Below are positions 14,005-25,870 of a DNA stretch of 64,000 nt, one piece after another. How positions within the stretch are numbered: the stretch's first letter is position 1; each line of letters begins with the position of its first letter. The translations under genes were made by a program, and so were the position numbers. Origin of the DNA: Camelus dromedarius (lineage: Eukaryota); the NCBI RefSeq assembly GCF_036321535.1, contig NC_087454.1, positions 29,388,001-29,452,000 on the forward strand. The letters are read 5' to 3'. The notes beneath the pieces were generated by a model. It was not told the DNA's origin, did no database searches, and worked only from the letters and a program-made list of their open reading frames with translations.

Positions 14005-14400
14005 GGTCCGGGCCGCGTGGGGCGGAGCGGGGCCGGGGAATGCGGGTCCCCGGGCCGCAGGCGCCCTCCGCTCCCACTGTCGCCTCCAGGAGCAGCAGGC
14101 GAGCCACGGGCTAGCGGAAGTGCCGCGCTGTTCCCGCCTCCCTCCCGGTGGCCGCCACTCCGCCCCCGGCCGCGACCATGCAGCGCCCCGGGCCGCCGCC
14201 GGGCCACAGCGACCCCTCGCGGCCCGGAGGGAGACGCGGCTCGGTGAACGCCAAGCTGCCCCTGCGCGGGGTAGGCGGGGAGCTCCAGGCCCGTGCCGCC
14301 CCCTGCTTCGTCATCGCCCTTAACCCTCACCACCGGCCCGGAGGTCGTGGTGACCATTGCCATCCTAGGGGCCGGGACGTTAAGGTTCTGCCTCCTAAGC
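13500..14400. promoter_or_regulatory. SLC35B2: SLC35B2 promoter CpG island with GC boxes, ETS motif (CGGAAGTG 14115-14122) and two GTCACGTGG E-boxes
   Basis: CpG-dense region around the ATG exon. Motifs read directly. Confidence 0.7.
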
Positions 14401-15749
14401 ACATCCATCGTTATGTCACCGTTTTCCCGTTTTCTGGCAGGAAGATGTCCTTCCTTTTGTGACTGGGCCAGCATTTCTGTCCCCCCATCCCTATGAACTT
14501 CAAGGCTCTGCACCTGGCCCCCGTCTACCGTGCCCACTCACCCACCCCCTGCAGAGCCCCAGTGGCCTGCTCTCAGTTCCTATAATTCACCAAAGGCCTT
14601 CCGCCCGCCCCTTACTCATCCTTCTGAGTAGAGATGACACTCAAGAGGACCCCCGACCACCCAAAGTCCCGCCTTCCCCCACTCCACTGTCCTCCCTCCC
14701 ACCATTCTTTTCCTTCCTTTGCATCCACTGCAACTTGTAATTACATATTTATTGGGCTATTTATGTTTTCATGGCTGTCTCACTAGACTCCAAAGTAGCC
14801 AGAAACTGCTGGTTTATTCCCCCATATTCTTCATCCCAGCTTAGGTCTGACTTCATAGTCCCCTCCAACATATGTGGAATGAGAGAAAAAAAAAACATAG
14901 AAAGCCACAGCTCCTTGGTGTCACCCTCCACAGGCTAGCCCTTCTCTCCAGGCTCCTCCAGGGCCGTGGTGAGGCCTTCCACTTGCATCTTCTTATTTCT
15001 GTTTTTCTTTCTCCATCCCTCTGCATTTCTACAGAAAGGGCAAGGGTCTGTGCTGGACAGAGGCCTGAGGACGGTCAGCCTCCCTACCCTCCCTAGCAAG
15101 GCCCTGCTCCTCTCAGGTGACAATTCCCTTCTCTCTGCCTCTACCACAAGGTCACAGGGCAGGCCCGTCTTGAAATCCCCAATGCACACAGACGGACACA
15201 TTCACAAAACAACAGGGGGGGGCACTTTAAAAAAGTCTCTCTTGTTTTAGTGTTATATTATTGAAATGTCCCCTTCCCCTAAGGCTCAATTCAGGGCCTT
15301 CTGAGCGAAGTCTTTAAACAGAGGTGTTTCGGCGTCCTTTCAGCAGTGAGATGGAACCCCTCGGGGCCCTGCTCACTCATAGTTCAGTGTCTCTCCTCAC
15401 TCAGGACAGTCCATGGCCTCCTACTGGTTGGCAGCTTCAGGCTAACCCCACTTGGGACGAGACGACAGCCTCCATCATCTTCAACAGAGGCGAACAGGCT
15501 TCTCCACTCAGGCTATCTGGGGATTTGAGGGGGTCCTTCCATCCACCCGGAAGCTCTTCCTTCCAGACTGGCTCTCTTACTTGCGATCCCTCCTCTCAGC
15601 TCAGGGCTGTGCTGGCCCCAGGCTCTGGCCTCAGCAGTCCCCAGGACACCAGAAGGGCACAAAGCCTGGGCCCAAACTGTAGCAGCTGTGGCTCCAGCTT
15701 CCAGATGGGAAGAGGGGGAGCGCCTGGAGCCCCAGGGCCTGTCCTGGCT

Positions 15750-18700
15750 TCAGTCGGCACACAGCAGTGGCTTCCCGGAGATCTTCAGGTCATCAAAGGG
15801 CAAAAGGGAAAAGGGCTGAGGAAGAGGATGGAGAATGGAGATCAGGATCCATGGACAAAGGCAGCAGTGGGGAAGGGAGCTGGGAGACCTACTGGGCCCT
15901 TTCCTCCCCACCAAGTGATAACTGAAGGACATCAGGGAACAATTCTTCCTACTAGTCTCCAAAAGAGTGGCCCTCAGGACTAGGCAGAGCCCTGAGGCCT
16001 TAGGCAAGCCTTCACCCAGAATATCAGATCTTAGAAGGATACAGGAGGTGATCCAGCCCACGGGGCTTCTTTTTGTCTCTGTTTTGGGAGGGGGAAAGGG
16101 CATTCACAAAACATATTGAGTATTTTTTTGTTTTACATTGAACATTTAAAAATGGGAAAGATTGTACTGAAAATCTAGGTTTCATCTCTCTTTAAAAATT
16201 TCAAGACCTGGAAATACTGGGCCCACCTTCCTCCTCTGCAACTGAAGCTGACAGAGTGACCCTCGGACACAGACTGTCCGGAATCCCGCAGGTCCCACCA
16301 CCCGGCTGTCTTACACCCAGCCTGCTCTGCTGATCTGCTTTAGCTGCACGGCTCCTGTAGGAGTCCAAGGTTGGGCCCCTGGTCCTGACCAGCTGAGAAC
16401 ATAGGCTGAGAGAGGGGCAGAGGCTTGCCCAAGGTCCCATGGTTGGTGAGTGGCAGAGTCATGGATTTCACCCCAGGATCCTAACTCCTTGGCCCTTTCA
16501 GCTACTACGGCGCTTGTCTCTGCTAGGAATGCGGGAGGCCCTGGACAATAGAGCTGAGGGTCTGCCTCTTACATCCTCGGCCAGATCCTGAGGGGTCTCA
16601 TCCTCCACATTCCGCAGCAGAGAGTCGGCACCTGCCTCGCACAGGGTGGATGAGATGCTGCTGAGGCCACGGCCGGCCGCCAGGTGCAGGGGTGTGCACC
16701 CGTTGAGCATGCGGGCATCCACTCGGGCCCCAGCCTGGAGCAGGAACTGCACCAGACCCCGCTCCTGGGTCTCCACCGCCAGATGCAGCGCTGTCTTCCC
16801 GCTCGTGCCCTCCTGGATGGGGGAATAAGGATGTCAGCCAAGGCCCTCAAGAGGAATCATGCTAGGCCCGGGGCTCTGGCTAAGGAGGTGAGTGCCACCC
16901 CTTATGACCACAGGCCAGGGGACCAGGGGCTGGACCTGGACCAGGCAGCACCGTGATTGGCCACTTCACCTGTGCGTCAATGTCAGCTCCATTCTGAAGC
17001 AGCAGCTCCATGAGTGGCCGGTTCCTCTGCAGGGTGGCGATGTGGAGACAGGCCAGACCTGGGATGGGGTGAGGGTGAGGGTGGGGGCTGCACCCACCAG
17101 CTCTTGCTCTCTCCCTCTCTTCAGGGACCTCCCTTACCCCTAAGCCCCAAGGGACCCACTGCCCGCCCAGTGCCTCTAATCACAGGACTGTTAAAATACA
17201 AGCCCAAAAACCCCCTCAAAAGTCTGGGGGGAAAGGAACTCAAAGTTTCCACCTTTTCAGTCATGTTATTGAAACATTCACGCTTCAGGGGTCAGGTTGC
17301 TGAGTGACACCCCCATACACACACCCTCCCTAACACACTCCCCTCCCACACACTCACACACACCCTCTCTCTTTCTAAAACTCTACTTGCCTTCAAGCCC
17401 CATTCAAAAGCCACTTTCTTCAGAGCTCTCTGGATCTTCAGACCCCCAGACCCTCCCTGGGGTCCACATCCTCCCATGAGCTCCCCTGGCCTTTTTGCTA
17501 GCTCCTTTCTGCCCTGGACCACCCTCTGCTTAGAGAACTAGATTCAAATTCTTGTTCAAATTCATCCCTCACTCTTTCAAGTCTTTGTTCAAATGTCTCT
17601 ACTCCATGAGGGTTTTCCTGAACCCCCCTGTTTAAAAATCACATCAACCCCCCCAGCCCTCCACACTCGTCCCCTCACTTGGTCCTACTGTCCCCACAGC
17701 ACTGCCTGTTAACCTCCTAGAGAACTCACTTCTTATGTTTACTGTCTGCCTCAGACATTCTCTTTTGCTCACAGATGCAAGTGTGGCTCCTACAATAATG
17801 TCCAGCACATAGAAGGCCCTCAAGTATATTTTTGTTGAATGAATTAATGAGTTCACCTAATCTCCATTAAACTGAATATCCTGAAGGCAAAGTTTAGCTC
17901 TCTGCTTAGGACACAGTAGGTTCTTGATAAATTCTAAATCAAATCTGTTTATTTGTTCATTCATTCGTTCATTCAGCAAAGGTTCTGCATACCTATGTGC
18001 TTAGAACTGGAGGTGCATTAATGGACAAGCTCTGACCCTCCCTTCCCTGAGACTGGGGTCCCTGTCTCCTGTCCCCTCCTCATCCCATGGGCTGTAAGGC
18101 TGCCCACACCTTGCCAGTTTTGCAGCTGGAGGTCCAGGGAGTGAGGTAGTCCTCTGCCTGGCTCTGGCTGCCCCTCCAGCAGGCAGCGGGCACAGGCCAG
18201 GTGCTGGCGCTGGCAGGCCACATGCAGGGCAGTGTCACCGTGCCGGTCCTGTAGCACCCGGCTGGCCCCCTTCAGCACCAGGGCCCGAACTGCGCCCGGC
18301 TGGTCCAGATGTACAGCCAGATGGAGTGCTGTCTGCAGGCACAAAGAAAGAGTCACAGGGCCACTGCAGTATGCTCCCACCTCTGGGAACATGCTAGGGT
18401 GGGCACAGGAATTGCCAGGGGCCAGCACCTTCTTTGAGAAAAGCATATAAAGGCTATGGCACTGGTCTTCCAAGGAAACACCACCAAGCCCTTCCTTCTG
18501 TTACCCCCTAACCAAGCTCCTGGGACCCCAATTCTGGAGGCAGGGTGAGGGAAGTGGCCCCCTGCTCTTCTTGTAGGTCTCCTTAGCCCCTGGAAAAAGG
18601 CCAGAGAGGCAGTAGATTCTAGCTTCGCCCACACTGGGAAGACCTCTGTTATCCCAGGTGATGGGGAGAAGTTGGGCTACAGGAGGAAAGATAGAGGCTC

Positions 18701-21700
18701 CCAGCAGTCTCCACCTGCCTCACTCCTCCTCGAATGCTCCCGGCAGGTGTCACCTCCTGTACTAAGCTGCTTCGCACAGACATTGGCTCCCATAGCAGCT
18801 GGCATATGTCTCCATCCCAACTCTTATTACCATGCTGTGTAATTAGGTGTCGATATGAGTCCCCTAGCCCAGGCTCGAGCACCTTCTGGGCAGAGGCTGT
18901 TTCTTACTGATCTCTGTATCCTCAGCTTCTAGCCCAGTGACTGGCTTATGGTTTTCTGAGGGAGCAGCCCAGGGATGCTGTGTGGCTGCTGGGGATGGCT
19001 GCCAGGGCAGACATGGGTATCTGGGCTCAGCCCACCCTCACCACCCACCTGGTAAAGGTTGTTCTGAATGTCCAGGACCTCCTGAGGCAGCAAAGCCAGG
19101 CAACAGAGCAGCACAGCCGGGGCCTCGTGAATCACCGCCAGGTGGACCAGCCTGCGAGGCAGAGGCAAGGTTTGGGGTCAGGGCCCAGGCCAGAGTGGGT
19201 CCTGGGGTTAGAAGAAGCAAATCAACATTGAGATTGCCACCCATGGGGTAGGTGCAGGAAGTGAGAGTTTGGGCCAGGAAGTGAGGGTTGCTGCGGGAAG
19301 CCAGGATCCTAGGGGTGGGAGCTCCAAGTTCCCATCTCTGGCCTTCGGGAGGGCCTTGGCTGAGAGACAGTGCAGGCAGGGTGCTGAAGGGACAAGGTCC
19401 TTCCTGTCCAGCCTGCCCACACCCCGCTCCCCTCTGGCCCCAGGGCCCCGCCAGACAGCTGCTTCTCAGAGCCAAACTGAAAGCTGCTGGGGGAGCACAG
19501 AGGTGGTTTCCAGGGCTGGGCTCCCCACCTTCACCCCCTCCATGGGGAGGACAGAGAGGGAAGGGGGGTCACCCCCACTTCCCCTCAGAAACTCCGTGTT
19601 ACACATTCTAAGAGAGAGAAGACTTTGGAAGCTCTTGGAAGGGGAACAAGGAGGCAGTGCAGCATCCTGTCTTGCTGCCCTTCACAGGGGCGGCCAGAGG
19701 ACAGCCCTTTAGATGGCACAGGCTGGTTGAGGCCTGACCCCTGGCCCCTCTCCTGTGTGTGCCTGGCGAGGAGGTCTGTGCAGTGCAGAAAATGTGTGTT
19801 TGTGGGGGGATAAAGAGCCTTAACCCGAAGGGGGGCAGATGGGAGGGAAGTTCCAGCCCTGGGGTTTCCCCACATCAGGTGGGGAAAATGAAAGCCTGAG
19901 GGTCCAGGCCAGGACAGCTGCCTCGGGTCATGGGGGTAGCTTGGCTGAAAGGCCCGTATGGGCTGGGGAAGGGGCTGCTCAGGCGGGAGGGGGGCCGGCT
20001 TGGGCGGCAGGCGAGGCCCAGGAGAGAGTGATGGAGGGAGGGAGGGCGGGAGGAACCGCGCTGGAAATCCCCTCGGCCAGGGCCTGCTCTCTGGGTCACA
20101 TTCCTGCAGCCACCTCCCTCTCTCCCTCAGTCTCCCCCCTCCCACTTCCGCTTCCCATTTCCCTACGTCCCACGGCCCAGACACCTCCGGAGGGAAGAAC
20201 GTGCCCCCTCCTCTCAGGGAACCCCTTGGGGAGTCTTGACATGCCCCCTCCCCAAGGTCTAGACATAACACTTGTCTCTAACTTGAGATGGTAAAAGCTG
20301 GGGCTGAGAGGCTAACACAGAAGGGGAGAGGCAGAGGTCTCCACTCCCTGGGTCAAAGGTCAGCCAGAGGTATTCAGCATGGAGTCTGCACGATTTTGGT
20401 TGTGTACCTAAGGGCTAGGGATCTAGGTGCAGGGTACAGAAAGGCCTGGGATCACCCACTGGGTCCAGAGACTGTCTTTGTCAAAGGCCACCCAGGATCC
20501 TTGCAGCTCCAGAAAAGCAGGTCAGGACAGATACCTCCCGCCTCCTCTATCTCCCCTAGCCCTGCTGATTCCAGCACCCCAGATGTGGGATCCCAGCCCT
20601 CCACTCTGTTTCTCACCCCCAAATCCCAGCCACTCTCTTTCCTGTCAGCATTTTCTTCTTCCTGAGGGGCAGGCAAATCCTCAACTGGCCAGCGCCTCCC
20701 ACACAACTGCCTCCTAGCCCAGTCTCCACCAAACTCTACCTGGGCTCGGGGAGGAAGGATAAGGTGAGGAGGTCACACAGGACAGTCAGGGGGACTTGTG
20801 GGGCTCAGAAGGTGGAGAGTGTTGGTAAAGCTGACTCTAGCCCTCACTTCCCCTTTCTCAGCAGAGGAGGAAGTAAACTGGGGCAGCCAGCCGCCTGTCT
20901 GCTGGGGCAAGAGTGCCCCAGCCTGGCTTACCTCCTCCTCAGGGCCAGCCTCAGCAATGCACCCTGGCAGCGCCCCCAACCCTAGCTCCCTAGGCCTACT
21001 GGCAGCCTATAACCAGCCCCTCTTGTTCCTTGAGACAGAGCATTCTGAGGTCAGAGGTTGGGAATCCCAGATATTGAGCAAACAAGGATGCCCTGTCCCC
21101 CAGCAAGGAAAACAAAACAAAACAAAACAAAACTGGGTTTGTCAGGGGAATTTTCTTTCCTAGGGGTGGGTAACTGGTAGATTTCCAAGATGCTAGCTGG
21201 AGTTCCAGGTGCCTGGTAAGGGCCCTGCCAAAAGGTGGGGCAGACAGATGATGCCAGGTTTTTGGACTGGGCCAGGCTAGAGCTCAAAAGTGGGTTCAGA
21301 GTTAAGTCTGGAAGAGAGAGTGGGGACTGCCCCTTCCAGAGTTGGTGCCTTGAGGGATCCTCACATAGGGGGTCCCGACTTGATGCCGCTCCTGGGGAGG
21401 CACCCAGTTAGCATCAGGAGGGAGGAAAGGGTCCTATCTCAGCCTAGCCCCCATACTCACGTGTCTCCATCCTCCGAGATGTAAGTGAGTGCTTCCAGTT
21501 GCTGAGGGCTCAGGGCCCCTGCGGCGGGAAGCGGCGAGTCTGGGGTTGGGTCCTTGGTCTTGGGGTCCCCCAGCAAGGGCAGGGTCTCAGTGAGCGATGA
21601 GGAGCCGTAGATGGAGTCAGCCCTCTCCCCATCTGTGTCTTCCTTCTCCTGTGGCTCGTTGGCTGTTCCTGAAGGATGGGTCCAGGGCTGGGGGCTCCCA

Positions 21701-21828
21701 CCGTCTGAAGGCCCAGAAGCTGGGGCTGGGGTGGGCTCGGGCAAGGAGCGCAGAGAACGCAGAGACTCGATGCCCGAGTCATACTGACTCTCATCTGTCT
21801 CGTCCGGCCCCTTCCGCGCCTCCGACAT
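15750..21828 (-). CDS. NFKBIE: NF-kappa-B inhibitor epsilon (IkB-epsilon), 362 aa
   Basis: complement join(21461-21828, 19049-19151, 18110-18332, 16970-17058, 16573-16812, 15750-15815) = 1089 nt. MSEARKGPD..., DSGIES beta-TrCP degron, ankyrin repeats (TALHLAVHL, TALHVACQR, TPLHLAAGRG), ends PFDDLKISGKPLLCAD*. Confidence 0.98.
17560..17860 (+). mobile_element. LINE-2 3' end fragment
   Basis: Ends in the L2 tail 'cagcacatagaaggccctcaagtatatttttgttgaatgaattaatga'. Coordinates are approximate. Confidence 0.65.
19845..20072. promoter_or_regulatory. NFKBIE: Cluster of kB sites in NFKBIE intron 1
   Basis: GGGAAGTTCC (19845-19854), GGGGTTTCCC (19861-19870) and GGAAATCCCC (20063-20072, = GGGGATTTCC on minus) all fit GGGRNNYYCC. 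Confidence 0.65.
21110..21133 (+). repeat. (AAAAC)n microsatellite
   Basis: aaaacaaaacaaaacaaaacaaaa read directly. Confidence 0.85.
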
Positions 21829-22059
21829 CCCCGCGGCGCCGGCCCGCCGGGGCCCGGTCCGAGCAGTACCCGACTCCGCGCCGCCTTTCCGGGTTGCAGG
21901 TCCCCCTTGCAGAGCGGGTGCTGGGCCTGGACTGGACTCCTTCCTGGGATGCGGGGGCCCGAGGGGTTGGTGAGAAGCTGGGACGACGCTCGGAGCGCTG
22001 GCGGGGTTCTCGGCAGCAGCTAACCGGGGCAGCTGGGCAGCCCAGTCTGACGCGCTCGC

Positions 22060-22205
22060 TCGCCCCGCCCTCAGTCCCCGCCTCCGACGGGCGCTGCGCT
22101 TCCGGACCGACGCCCCGCCCTTCGGAATACCCCTTACCCCGCCCTCTGCGTTGGCTCCAAGTCAGGGTTTCCCCGGTCCTGACTCACTCGTGCGTTAATT
22201 CACCC
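22060..22205 (-). promoter_or_regulatory. NFKBIE: NFKBIE promoter: GC boxes, ETS (CTTCCGG 22099-22105), kB (GGAATACCCC 22124-22133), near-kB GGGTTTCCCC (22165-22174), AP-1 (TGACTCA 22180-22186)
   Basis: Motifs read directly at the upstream edge of the CpG island that contains exon 1. Confidence 0.7.
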
Positions 22206-22635
22206 ATTCATTCATTCATACAACCACCGAAGCATCCATTCACTCACTCTTTTCTCCTTTCTTCACACCATGCATTAATTCCACGCATTCTTCCTTTCCT
22301 TCCTTCACCTCCTCCATTTCTTCATTTCCCCCCCCCGTACATTCTTCATTCGTTTTTAAATGAATATTTCTCATCTGCACAAGTTGGGAATCTTGTGTGG
22401 AGGACACGTGAGGGGATGGGGAAGCGTTGCTACCTATGTCTTGCCCGTTGCTCTCAATTTCTCTTGCTCTTCCAAGAGAAAGAGGGGACACCCGTGTCTT
22501 CAAAGGAAAAGTTCTCCCTTTAGGTCCTGGATAGAGGGTCTCCTGTGTCAACTTCCCAGATCACATAGAATTGGACACAAGGATGTGTTTTTTGAAAGTG
22601 GTTTTTCTCAGGAAGATTGTTGTCTAAAAAAATAA

Positions 22636-22773
22636 TATAGCTTAGTGGTAGAGCATAAACTTAGTATGCACAAGGTCCTGGGTTCAATCCCCATTAAAAA
22701 TAATAATTAAAATAATAATAATAAACCATTCAAAATAATAATAAACCTAATTACTCCCCCCAAAATTAAAAAG
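22636..22773 (+). mobile_element. Vic-1-like tRNA-derived SINE
   Basis: TATAGCTTAGTGGTAGAGCATAAACTTAGTATGCACAAGGTCCTGGGTTCAATCCCC followed by an A-rich tail containing AAACCTAATTACTCCCCCC. Pol III A and B boxes are recognisable. Confidence 0.85.
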
Positions 22774-25029
22774 TGGAGTGGTCATTCCTCACCAGGGATA
22801 AAACACTGGCCTTGAGTGTTTGCAACATCTGGTTAGGGAAGTTTAGTTCCTCCTGGTGGGGCTGGGATGGGGAGGCCCAGACACGCTGGGCTGCACTCTG
22901 CTGAGGTTCCCTCCACAGCCACAGCCACAACCCCAATGCCTCCTTCCCTCTCCTTACTTTCCTTGGGCAAACCCCACCCACATGGAGCCCAATAAGTGCT
23001 CCATGATTTGTCCCCTACCCCAAGTGCCAGCAGTGCTGTTAGAAGGTCATCTCCAAGAAAATCTCTCCCTTTTCCATCTCTGGCATTGGGAGAAGGAAGC
23101 TGGAGTGAGGCATAGACAGCTACTAACTGGCTTCCCTACCCTCCTCCCCCATGCAACCTCATTTTATTGTATAAAGCTTCTCCTATGTGTCTGATATTTT
23201 TCTCTCTGCTGGAAGCAAAACCAAGTATCACAGTAACAGTAATAACCAACAACCCCCCTTCCCCCTCCCCTACTAAAAATGTCCCATGTTCCAGCCTCCA
23301 AAAAGCCCCCTGGTAGTTACAGCACAGAGTGATTGTGCTCTGATAGGAGTGAGAACAGGGAGCTGGAGGAGCACATGGTGGGGCCAACTACCCAGGGGGC
23401 CAAGGGGAAGGGGAGGTTCCATTTGAACTGGAAATGGGAAGAGAAGAGGGCTAGGGAGACAAGAAGCACCTAGTCTCTGTTTGGTGGGGGAGGGTGAGTG
23501 GAGAGAGGAGGGTGGGGAGAGAGATGACCCAGTGCTCTCCACCCCCACTGACAGCCAGAATCTGGAGGAAGCGGTGAGCATGAGGCAGTGAGGAGCCATG
23601 AGGGGAAAGCCCAAGGAAACTAAGGCCTCTCCTTTCCTTGGGGTCAGTGTGATTTCTGACAATCTCAACTTCCTCCCAGAGCACGTTCCTCTCTAACCCT
23701 CAAAGGCTGGAGCAAAAGTACAGTCTCTGACAACTCCAGACCCTGACCACTTGGGTTCAAAATCATCTCCATTTTAAAGTTGGGAATCTGGGACCCAGAA
23801 AGGTGAACTGACTTGCCCAAGATCAAAAACAGTTGGAAAGTGTAGAGCTGTGTTTTCCTGTTCCTAATCCAAAACTTTAAACAAGTTTTCATTGAAACTT
23901 TCTTTCAGTTATGAAGGTCGAAGGGGCTGTGGACATCTGAGCCCTTCGCAAGGACACAAGAACTCAGGAGTGTGCAGTGACCAGCTCTCTCAGTCTATAC
24001 GGAGGCTGATTTTAAGGAAAAACTTGCCTCAATCCAGTCCCGTGTGCAGCTCTAAACCATAACAGGTGCATGGCAGCCCCTTTTCCGGCCACATGAGGAC
24101 AGCATTGAGTCACTGATTGTCTCCAGCCCCGAGCCTGCACTCGGACAGGAAGCCCTTCTGGGGACATTCTGGAATGGGAAAGAGAGACCCATTGGCAGTG
24201 TCATCTGGAAAGATAACCTGGGGACTTTGACTCAGGTCACGGGGTCAGGGTTCTGACTTTGCAACCTCAGTCCCAGTCATCTCCGAGGCTGGGCCCCTCT
24301 GGTCCTTTTCTCTGTTTTCTGGTTCCCTTTGTCATGCTCTGACTCCCCATTTCTGCCCACCTTAGCCAGGCTCCTCTTCAGGAAACAGGCCCAATTGCCA
24401 TGGTGACCAACTGGTCAGCTGGCTCCTACCACATCCCCCTCTCTTCACCTCTCTTTACCCTGGGCTTCTAAGGAAGAGTAATGTGTGTGTACGGAGAAAA
24501 GGGAGGTGGTCTTTTATCTCCTGGGAACTCTGAGGTTGGCCAAAAGAAGTTCGGCTATCTCTCTCACAAAGCCCCCTGAAGTGGAGTCAGGAAGGCAGTG
24601 GGGATGGGGAAGAGGAGGCAGATTAGAACAACTAAATGGGGAATGTGAGATCCTATATTGGTTAGGAAAGGCCAGGGTTAGGAACTCTGCTTTCTGTCTG
24701 CAGTGAGGACTGAACTAGGTGGAATGAAGTGAAACCAGAGGAAAAGGGTTTGAAGTCAGCCATAAGGCAGGACTTCCCAAAAATCATGGGTGGGAGAGAA
24801 ACATTGGAATGAGCCACCAAGTGAGATTCTTCCTCTGCTGTGGGATGAAAATGATCCATGCCTTTTGGGACCATACCCTTCCTCTGTTTGGGCAGGGAGG
24901 ATGAACACACTGACCCAGGGAGGATCATACAGGCTGGACAGTTCTGAAATGATAGAGGGACTGAGACCCATCTTCACTTTGCCTTGAAAGGGAAGAGTAG
25001 AAAATGGAGGCAGAAGCAGGAGTAGGGGA

Positions 25030-25051
25030 GTGTGTGTGTGTGTGTGTGTGT
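25030..25051 (+). repeat. (TG)n microsatellite
   Basis: Run of alternating GT read directly. Confidence 0.85.
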
Positions 25052-25409
25052 GGAGTAGAGGCAGAAGATCTTCTGCCCCAGATGAGAGGCAGGACTGTCA
25101 GCAGATCAGTGTGCTTGTCCTCTATTCCCAAAGATCAGATATCCAGGCTTTGCCTCAAGCTGCCTTCCAGCCCTCAAAGATCCCCATGGACTTTTGAATG
25201 GGAAAGATCTGGATTCTTGGACCACCCTGTAAGTACTGGCAGGTGACTTTAAGTCACTCACCCTCCCTCTGCTTTGGTTCTTTGTGCGTAAATGGGGAGA
25301 GTCACCATATGTCAAGGACTCTACTGTAGCACACGACACACAGTAGGATTCCACAGTGACAGTGCACATATAGATTGATCAAGCATAGCCTTTAGTCTAT
25401 TCTATCATA

Positions 25410-25580
25410 GTGATTGGTTTCCATGTCCTTCTTCCCCATTAGACTTTGTGCTCCTGGAGGAAAGGAAATTGTGTTTTATATTTCTGAACAGGGCACACAG
25501 TAGGTATCTAATACCTGTTTATTGAATGGATGCATTCAGGAATGAATGAATGAATGAATGAATGAATGAATGAATGAATG
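25410..25580 (+). mobile_element. LINE-2 3' end with (GAAT)n tail
   Basis: 'ccccattagactttgtgctcctggaggaaagg...gggcacacagtaggtatctaatacctgtttattgaatgg...(gaat)n'. Confidence 0.7.
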
Positions 25581-25749
25581 GCAGTTTCCTTTCTGCCCCT
25601 AGGTGGGGCAGGGAAAAGCACTGTGGGTGGATGGCATGAAGGGACAGGCGACCTGCAGTCACTCAGCCTGGGCTGTGGTCTCTGACTTTGCCTCCTATAC
25701 CCACAGAAGAAAATCAGAGCCTTAGAGATTGTCCACTCAACTTTGTCCC

Positions 25750-25870
25750 TGCATAGATGAGACAACTAAAGCTCAGAGAGGGAAAGGCACTTGCGCAAGG
25801 TCACACAGCAAACGACAAAGCCAGAATTAAGCATTTGCACTCAGGATGCCTGATCTCCAGCCTAGGCCAA
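25750..25870 (-). mobile_element. MIR SINE fragment
   Basis: 'atagatgagacaactaaagctcagagagggaaaggcacttgcgcaaggtcacacagc' is the reverse complement of the MIR core. Confidence 0.7.

Noticed and set aside
14331-14408. Possible alternative SLC35B2 first coding exon (MDVLRRQNLNV...GPV|GTGAGG)
   Set aside because: It ends in phase 0 while exon 2 needs phase 2. There is no evidence of use, though it could be a non-coding alternative exon.
13590-14537. Long GC-rich ORFs over the SLC35B2, NFKBIE (21597-22523) and TMEM151B CpG islands
   Set aside because: Low stop-codon frequency in very high-GC DNA explains them. They are Pro/Gly/Arg/Ala-rich with no domain signature.
18270-18290. TTCAGCACCAGGG RE1-like half-site in NFKBIE exon 3
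   Set aside because: The right half (GGCCCG versus GGACAG) does not match, and the sequence is explained by coding constraint.
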